This document shows positions 15,044 to 20,944 of a stretch of 20,944 nt of DNA, piece by piece. The position numbers were made by a program, and so were the translations under genes. Source of the stretch: Planctomycetota bacterium (lineage in GTDB: Bacteria > Planctomycetota > PLA2 > JAEUHO01); contig CBDCWP010000037.1 in the NCBI GenBank assembly GCA_965223505.1, positions 1 to 20,944 on the forward strand, given 5' to 3'. Position 1 is the first letter of the stretch; every line of letters begins with the position of its first letter. The notes beneath the pieces were generated by a model. That model saw only the letters and a program-made list of their open reading frames with translations, made no database searches and was not told where the DNA came from.

Positions 15044-16789
15044 CTAGCCGGCGCCGACCTCGACGACGCGCTCCTGAAGCAGCCGTTCGACCTGGTCCGC
15101 GGTCTCGAGCCGCAGGCACTGCCGGGCGATGGAACGGGCCTCGTGCAACGTCAGGGCGCGCAAGAGCCGCTTCGCACGCGGGATGTAGCCGGGGGTCAGG
15201 CTGAAGTCCCGAATGCCCATGCCGAAGAGCAACACCGTGTAGATCGACTTCGTGCCCATCTCCCCGCACATGGTCACGGGGATGCCGGTGTCGCGTGCCG
15301 CGTTGATCGTGCCTTGCAACAACCGCAGAAGGCTCGGATGGGAGGGACGGAACAGCGACGCCACTCGGGGGTTCATCCGATCGACGGCGAGGTCGTACTG
15401 GATCAGGTCGTTCGTTCCGATCGAGAAGAAGTCGACCTCGCGCGCCAGCAGGTCCGCGGTGACCGCCGCACCCGGGATCTCGATCATGATGCCGATCGGC
15501 GGGTCGGGCCGGTGTGCGAGACCTTCGGTCGCCAGCTCCCGCGCAACGTCGTCGATGATGCCTTTCGCGCGTCGCAGCTCCTCGAGGCTGCCCACCATCG
15601 GGAGCATGATGCGCACGTCGCCCTCGGCCGCCACGCGCAACAACGCGCGCAGCTGAACACGAAACGCCGCCTCGTGGGCGAAGCACCAGCGCAGCGACCG
15701 CACGCCGAGCGCCGGGTTCGGCTCCTGCTCTTCGACCGACGCGGCCGGGTTCTCCTTGTCGGCACCGAAGTCGTACGTGCGGATCGTCAGGCGTCCGCCG
15801 CCGATCCGCGACAACGTCGTGCGGTACGCGTCGAGATGCTCGTCCTCGGTCGGCAGGCCGTTCTCGACCTTGTAGAGGAACTCGGTGCGGTAGAGCCCGA
15901 CGCCCTCTGCGCCGCGCGCCACGCCCGCGTCGACGTCGAGCGGAAACTCGATGTTCGCGAGCAAGGTCGCGCGGTGACCGTCGAGCGTCTCTGCCGGAAG
16001 ATGCGCCTCGCGCAGCAAGGTCGCCTCGAGTCGCTCGTAGCGCTCACCGAGCCCGACCGCGCGCTCGACCGCCTCGGCGTCGGGCTCGACGACGACGGTG
16101 CCTTTCGTTCCGTCGACCCAGAGCATGTCGCCGGGCTCGACGGACGCGGTCAACCCGTCGACACCGACGACGCACGGGATGCCCAGCGACTTGGCGATGA
16201 CCGCCGTGTGGCTCGTCGGCCCGCCGAACTCCAAGGCGATCGCCGCGACGTTGCGGTCCTCGAGCTGCGCGGTCTCCGACGGCGTCAGGTCGTGCGCGAC
16301 GACGACGACGGGCCCGTCGGCCTGCCCCGGCTCGGGGGCTTGCGGCTTGAGGCCCGCGAGCGCGCGCAGCAGGCGCCGCTCGAGGTCGACGATGTCCTGG
16401 CTGCGTTGTGCGACGAGCGCATTGCGAACACGCGCAAGCTCGGCCGCGTACGCGTGCAGCACGGTCGCCACGGCGCGCTCGGCCCCGGCGCCCTCGCGAA
16501 TCGCCTCCTCGAGCTTCGGGAGGAAGTCGTCGAGCATCGCCTCGTGCGCACCGAAGATCGCCGCGATGCCCTCCTGGCTCGCGAGGCTCTCCCGCAACGA
16601 GATGAGGTCTTCCTTGGCGAGCTCGGCCGCGCGGCGCAGGCGCTTCACCTCCGCTTCGAGATCGGGCGGCTGCAGCGCCGTCGTCGGCGAGACTTCGGGG
16701 GTCTCGTCGTAGAGCAGCGCGCGTCCGACGCGCGAGCCGCCCGAGACGGCGATTCCGCGCAGCTGGGTCATGGGCGAGGCGTCGTTCAC
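15044..16789 (-). CDS. ptsI: PTS enzyme I (phosphoenolpyruvate-protein phosphotransferase), no GAF domain
   Basis: GGPTSHTAV phospho-His motif, GVGLYRTEFLY, E.NPALG.R, MIEIP, DFFSIGTNDLIQY, MCGEM. Start is either GTG 16789 or ATG 16771. Confidence 0.96.
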   Translation of the reverse strand: MNDASPMTQLRGIAVSGGSRVGRALLYDETPEVSPTTALQPPDLEAEVKRLRRAAELAKEDLISLRESLASQEGIAAIFGAHEAMLDDFLPKLEEAIREGAGAERAVATVLHAYAAELARVRNALVAQRSQDIVDLERRLLRALAGLKPQAPEPGQADGPVVVVAHDLTPSETAQLEDRNVAAIALEFGGPTSHTAVIAKSLGIPCVVGVDGLTASVEPGDMLWVDGTKGTVVVEPDAEAVERAVGLGERYERLEATLLREAHLPAETLDGHRATLLANIEFPLDVDAGVARGAEGVGLYRTEFLYKVENGLPTEDEHLDAYRTTLSRIGGGRLTIRTYDFGADKENPAASVEEQEPNPALGVRSLRWCFAHEAAFRVQLRALLRVAAEGDVRIMLPMVGSLEELRRAKGIIDDVARELATEGLAHRPDPPIGIMIEIPGAAVTADLLAREVDFFSIGTNDLIQYDLAVDRMNPRVASLFRPSHPSLLRLLQGTINAARDTGIPVTMCGEMGTKSIYTVLLFGMGIRDFSLTPGYIPRAKRLLRALTLHEARSIARQCLRLETADQVERLLQERVVEVGAG

Positions 16790-16847
16790 GCCCAGATGGT
16801 ACCCGCCCCGTGATGACGGCACGCGTGGGGGGCCGGCCGCGAGGACG

Positions 16848-17162
16848 CTATCCGATGCCGAATTTCTGCTGGAACAGCTCGACGAGCGCCTCGACGGCCG
16901 ACGGCGCGTCGGCGCCCGTGGCCTCGATGTCGATCGAGGTTCCCTGCGGCGCTGCGAGGAAGAGCACGTCCATCACGCTCTTGGCATCGACCCGCGTGCC
17001 GACTTCGACCCCGAGATCGGCGGGGACCTCGGCCAGGATCAGTGCGACGTCGCTCTCGAACTGCTTCGCGCGTTCCGCCAAGACGGCGGCGGGGCGCGCG
17101 TGAAGACCGGCGGCGTTCAACACCTGAACGCGCCGGATGACGGAGTCGCCTACCTGATCCAT
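16848..17162 (-). CDS. ptsH: HPr-family phosphocarrier
   Basis: N..GLHARPAA (His15 motif), VDAKSVM (Ser46 motif), A.G.DA..A; ATG at 17162. Confidence 0.93.
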   Translation of the reverse strand: MDQVGDSVIRRVQVLNAAGLHARPAAVLAERAKQFESDVALILAEVPADLGVEVGTRVDAKSVMDVLFLAAPQGTSIDIEATGADAPSAVEALVELFQQKFGIG

Positions 17163-17255
17163 GGTTCCCGAGCCCTGGTTTCCAATCAATCCCAACACGT
17201 CCCGATCGCGCACCGCGCGCATCGTCACAAACCGAGCCGCATCCGATTCGCGCGC

Positions 17256-17729
17256 CTACGAGTCCGGCGAGCCCCAACTCTCTTCCAAGAACGAACACAT
17301 CGCCTTGGGCGTCTTCTGCGCCGGCAGCGCCTTCATCTCGACGTCGTCGCGGCCTACCTTTGCGATCCGCCCGGCGACGCGCAGGTACTCCTGCGGGTCC
17401 GACGCCGCGATGAGGAAGACGACGTGAACCGGCGCACCGTCGAGCGCGTCGAAGTCGACGCCCTCGCGATGGACGCCGACGGCGATCATCGTCTCTTTCA
17501 CGACCTTGCTGGTCCGGGCATGAGGCATCGCAACGCCCTTGCCGATGCCGGTCGTCGCCTCTTCCTCTCGCGCAAGCACCTCGACGCACAGATCCAGTGC
17601 GTTCTGCTCGCTGATCGCGCCCGAGGCGACGAAGCTCTGAATCAGCTCCGAGATGACCTCGTCCTTGGTCTCACCGGTCAGCTTCGGCAGACAGTGCTTG
17701 TAGTTGAAGTAGTGCGTGGTTGCCGGCAT
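17256..17729 (-). CDS. ptsN: PTS EIIA (fructose/mannitol/Ntr type), PtsN-like
   Basis: RE...TTGIGKGVAMPHAR, GVDFDALDG.PV...F; position after hpf. Confidence 0.9.
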   Translation of the reverse strand: MPATTHYFNYKHCLPKLTGETKDEVISELIQSFVASGAISEQNALDLCVEVLAREEEATTGIGKGVAMPHARTSKVVKETMIAVGVHREGVDFDALDGAPVHVVFLIAASDPQEYLRVAGRIAKVGRDDVEMKALPAQKTPKAMCSFLEESWGSPDS

Positions 17730-17802
17730 GGACCCTCAGGAAACGGACCGCCGCGGCGGCCCTCGGTTGATGGGGATGGACTCCTGGAGAAGACCGCTGC
17801 GG

Positions 17803-18204
17803 CTACTCGCCGCCTCGCATCTCCTCGATCACGTCTTCATACGTCGCTTCCCGCGGAGATGCATCTTCTTCCGTGGGCGCCGTCGAGTCTACCTCAGTAC
17901 GCCGCTCCCCGCGGTGATGGTCGGTGAGGCGCTCCTTGTACTTGCGCAGCTGCGTCGCGAGCTTCTGTTCGGCCAGGTCGCAGGCGGCGTACATGTCGGG
18001 CGCACTGGCCTTGCCGACGAGGCGGATCCCGCGTTTCACCTCGAGCACCATCTCGACCGTCTGGTCGAGATGGTCGATGTCCATGGTGACGCGCGCGGCA
18101 GTGATCCGGCCGAAGTGGCTCGTCAGCTTGTCGACCTTCGTCGCGGCGTACGTCTTCATCGCGTCCGTCACGCCCACATGCCGTCCTGTAATGATGGTCT
18201 TCAA
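17803..18204 (-). CDS. hpf: Ribosome hibernation promoting factor (HPF/RaiA)
   Basis: ITGRHV.VT.A...Y...K..KL, DMYAA.D....KL..QLRKYKE. TTG start with GGGAGGT RBS overlaps the truA stop (TTGA). Confidence 0.95.
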   Translation of the reverse strand: MKTIITGRHVGVTDAMKTYAATKVDKLTSHFGRITAARVTMDIDHLDQTVEMVLEVKRGIRLVGKASAPDMYAACDLAEQKLATQLRKYKERLTDHHRGERRTEVDSTAPTEEDASPREATYEDVIEEMRGGE

Positions 18205-19031
18205 CGACTACCTCCCAATGCACGACGGGACCCGGAGTCTACTTCCGGTACCAGGAAATGGGGAACCCCGATCGGGGTCGGTTCACCGCGCAAAGCGACC
18301 GCCATCAGGCAAAGCCCTCGCGCCGGCGCCGCGCGGCCCGCCGACCTACGGTCACCCGCGGACAGGATGTCACGAATCCGCCGGTCCGGCTCGTCGGCTT
18401 CGGCTTCACGCAACATGGTGCCCACCAATGTGCGGACCATCTTGTAGAGAAATCCGTCGCCGACGACGTCGAGCAGCAAGAGGTCGTCCTCGCGCGTCCA
18501 GCGCAACGTGAAGATGGTCCGGGTGGTGTCGCCGGGACTCGACCCGGTGTTGGCGAAGGAGCGGAAGTCGTGGGTTCCCTCCAACGCGTTCGCGGCCGCG
18601 CGCAGTCCATCGACGTCGGGCACGCGCGGCAGGCGCCACGTCGTTCGCCGCAGCGACGGACGCTTCCGGCGCGAGACGAGAATGTGGTAGCGGTACCACT
18701 TCCACGCGGCGTCTCGTTGGGCGTGAAAGCCCGCGGGCGCTTCGACCAACGAACGCAACCCGATGTCCGCCGGGAGCACGGCGTCGAGTGCGCGCTCCAG
18801 TTCGGCCGCGGGCATCGTCGCGCGGGTGCGCATCGACGCGATCATGCCGCGCGCGTGCACGCCGGCGTCCGTGCGTCCGGAGGCGACGACCGCATGCCGC
18901 GCGCCGAGCACCTTCTCGACGGACGATTCGACCTCGCCCTGCACCGTTCGGGCGTCACGCTGCCGCTGCCAACCCTCGAAGTCCGTGCCGTCGAACTCGA
19001 GCTCGAGCCGCAAGAACCGTTCGGGCGTCAC
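18201..19031 (-). CDS. truA: tRNA pseudouridine(38-40) synthase
   Basis: FDGTDF.GWQRQ, SGRTDAGVHA, FHA, GTHDFRSF, GDGFLYKMVR, AAPARGLCL. GTG at 19031 overlaps the rpoN TAG; TTG at 19040 is an alternative. Confidence 0.96.
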   Translation of the reverse strand: MTPERFLRLELEFDGTDFEGWQRQRDARTVQGEVESSVEKVLGARHAVVASGRTDAGVHARGMIASMRTRATMPAAELERALDAVLPADIGLRSLVEAPAGFHAQRDAAWKWYRYHILVSRRKRPSLRRTTWRLPRVPDVDGLRAAANALEGTHDFRSFANTGSSPGDTTRTIFTLRWTREDDLLLLDVVGDGFLYKMVRTLVGTMLREAEADEPDRRIRDILSAGDRRSAGRAAPARGLCLMAVALRGEPTPIGVPHFLVPEVDSGSRRALGGSR

Positions 19032-20502
19032 TACGTCCAAATTCGTCGCTGCCGTGAAGAGGGAATGCCGAGCGCCTTGCGGTATTTGGTCACCGTCCGG
19101 CGCGCGATCTCGAGGCCGTACTGCTTGGCCAGCTCTTCCGCGACCTGATCGTCCGAATACGGCTTGCTCTTGTCTTCGTCGTCGATGAGCGAACGCACGC
19201 GGTCCTTCACGCTCAGCCGCGACTCGATGCCGCCGTCTTCGTTCTCGGTGCCGCCCGTGAAGAAGAACTTGAGCGGCACGATGCCGCGCGGCGTCTGTAC
19301 GTGCTTGTCACTGATGGCGCGGCTCACGGTCGATACGTGGATCCCGAGGACGTCCGCGATCTCCTGCATCTTCAGCGGCCGCAGGTGGTTGACGCCGAAA
19401 TCGAGATAGTCGCGCTGGCGCTTCACGATCTCCTTGGCGACGCGCTCCAGCGTGCTTTGGCGCTGCGCAATCGCCTCGATCAGCCACTTCGCGGAGTCGA
19501 CCTTGCGCTTGAGGTACTCGCGTACCTTCGGGTCGTTGCGGGCTTCCTTCAGCATCTTGCGAACGTTCGGCGCGAGTCCGATGCGCGGCAGATAGTCGTT
19601 GATCAGGCGGACGCAGTACTCGCCGTCTTCCCACTCCACGACCACGTCCGGACGAATGTAGCGAATCGGCCCGCCGCTGTACGCGGCTCCCGGCCGCGTG
19701 CTGAATCGCGCGAGCCCGTGAACGAGGTCGTAGAGCTCGGCGATCTCGAGCCCCATCGCCTTCGCCACGCGCGGCAGCTTGTTGCGCTTCACGTCGTCGA
19801 GATGATCGCGAATCAACGTGCGCTGCAGGGCTGCGTCCGGATCGTCGTCCGTGACTTGCAGCAGCAGGCACTCGCGCAGGTCACGCGCGCCGACGCCGCG
19901 GGGCTCCATCGACTGCCACGATACGCAGCGCGCGTTCGGCGACCTCGATCGACACCGGTTCGTCCATGCCGTCGATGACGTCTTGCAGGCTGCAGTTCAA
20001 CAGCCCCGTGTCGCTGAGGTTGTAGATGATGTCACGCGCCGCCTGGGCCTCGTCGTCTTCGACGTCGAGCTCGTCGAGCTGGTGGAGCAGGTGATCCGCG
20101 AGTCCCCTGTTCCAACGCGGGCGCGTTCTGCATCGCTTCGAGCTTGCGATCGGCTGCTTCTGCGGCACCCCGCACTCTCGCGATTGATAGCTACCGTGCA
20201 GCCGCTCGGCGCATCGGTCAAGATCTTCGAGACGATCCAGGATGCGCTCGGCATCGCGTCTCGAAGGCCATGCCTCATCCGCGATCCGGTTCCGTCGGCT
20301 GGACTCGTCACTGCGCGCCTCGAGCAGCGTGTCCCGTGCCGGCTCCGACGATCTCGAGGGCCTCGTTCTCTTGGAGCTCGTTCTCGATCAGCTCTTTGAG
20401 GTCCATCGCCGGAAGCTGCAGGATCTCGATGCTCTGGATGATCTGCGGTGCAAGTCGCAGCTGCTGCGAGAGCTTCAGGTTGAGTCCGAGTTCGAGTCGC
20501 AT
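19031..20502 (-). CDS. rpoN: RNA polymerase sigma-54 factor, interrupted by several single-base indels in its 5' 600 nt
   Basis: Region I (LKLSQQLRLAPQIIQSIEILQLP) in ORF 20308..20502. LADHLLHQL and IIYNLSDTG in ORF 19881..20168. EPRGVGARDLRECLLLQ, HVSTVSRAI and the RpoN box ARRTVTKYR in ORF 19031..19909. Confidence 0.93.
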
Positions 20503-20511
20503 GACGAGAGC

Positions 20512-20541
20512 AGTTTACCTCGCGTTCGCGCGCACGTGCAA
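20512..20541 (-). promoter_or_regulatory. Putative sigma-70-type promoter just upstream of rpoN
   Basis: Minus strand TTGCAC-N18-TAAACT, 9 nt before the ATG, with no SD in between. Confidence 0.4.
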
Positions 20542-20714
20542 TCAGCGCAACGTTCAAAGCGTCCTTCATTTTCGTTGCGAAACTGCTTGACACGATCTCG
20601 TTCGCGCATTCACGAGCGAATTCTCGTGTGCGAACGCGCACGGTGCGAAGACGCACGGTGACACGTTGCAGCGCGAATGCTATGTTCTGCGTTGGAAACG
20701 TACGCAGCCGTCCC

Positions 20715-20942
20715 TCAAGACACGTCGCGACGGCCTTCGAACGCGTCCGCCAAGACCGACGCGTTCTGGTATTCGATCTGACCGCCTGTCGGAACGCCGC
20801 GCGCGAGGCGCGTGATGCGCACGTTGCCGAGTTTCGGTGACGCAAGCAGTGCGTCGCGCACCGCCAACGCCGTTCCGTCGCCTTCGAGATCGGGGTTCGT
20901 CGCGATGCAGACTTCCTGGACGTCCGACGCAGACGCGCGTTC
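20715..20942 (-). CDS. recR: Recombination mediator RecR, C-terminal TOPRIM part (runs off the window; not in the ORF track)
   Basis: Manual translation: ..VQEVCIATNPDLEGDGTALAV..VRITRLARGVPTGGQIEYQNASVLADAFEGRRDVS*, matching RecR EVI.ATNP..EG..TA and TR.A.G.P.GG.LEY motifs. Confidence 0.95.
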   Translation of the reverse strand, partial: ERASASDVQEVCIATNPDLEGDGTALAVRDALLASPKLGNVRITRLARGVPTGGQIEYQNASVLADAFEGRRDVS

Positions 20943-20944
20943 GA

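Noticed and set aside
13866..15686. 606-aa alternative-frame minus-strand ORF spanning ptsI and pilM
   Set aside because: Arg/Gly/Ala-rich off-frame translation overlapping two clearly identified genes.

Overview
High-GC bacterial chromosomal segment in which every supported gene lies on the minus strand. A Planctomycetota-like origin is inferred from gene style only. In transcription order (right to left): recR (3' part), rpoN (sigma-54, broken by single-base indels), truA, hpf/raiA, ptsN-like EIIA, HPr, enzyme I (ptsI), pilM, pilN, an unusually long pilO (probable PilO-PilP fusion), a secretin (pilQ/gspD family), RNase E/G with large disordered regions, rplU, rpmA, obgE, a PilT/PilU-family ATPase, two tandem GspC-like TM+PDZ paralogues and type III pantothenate kinase (coaX). 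No RNA genes, CRISPR arrays or mobile elements were seen. The most interesting signal is a non-canonical type IV filament machine mixing T4aP parts (PilMNO, PilT/U) with T2SS-like parts (two GspC-like PDZ proteins, AMIN-less secretin with tandem N0-like domains), interleaved with core housekeeping genes and downstream of a transporter-less regulatory PTS. Most frameshifts in coaX, the second GspC-like gene and rpoN are explained by one extra base in a short G run, which most likely reflects sequencing error.
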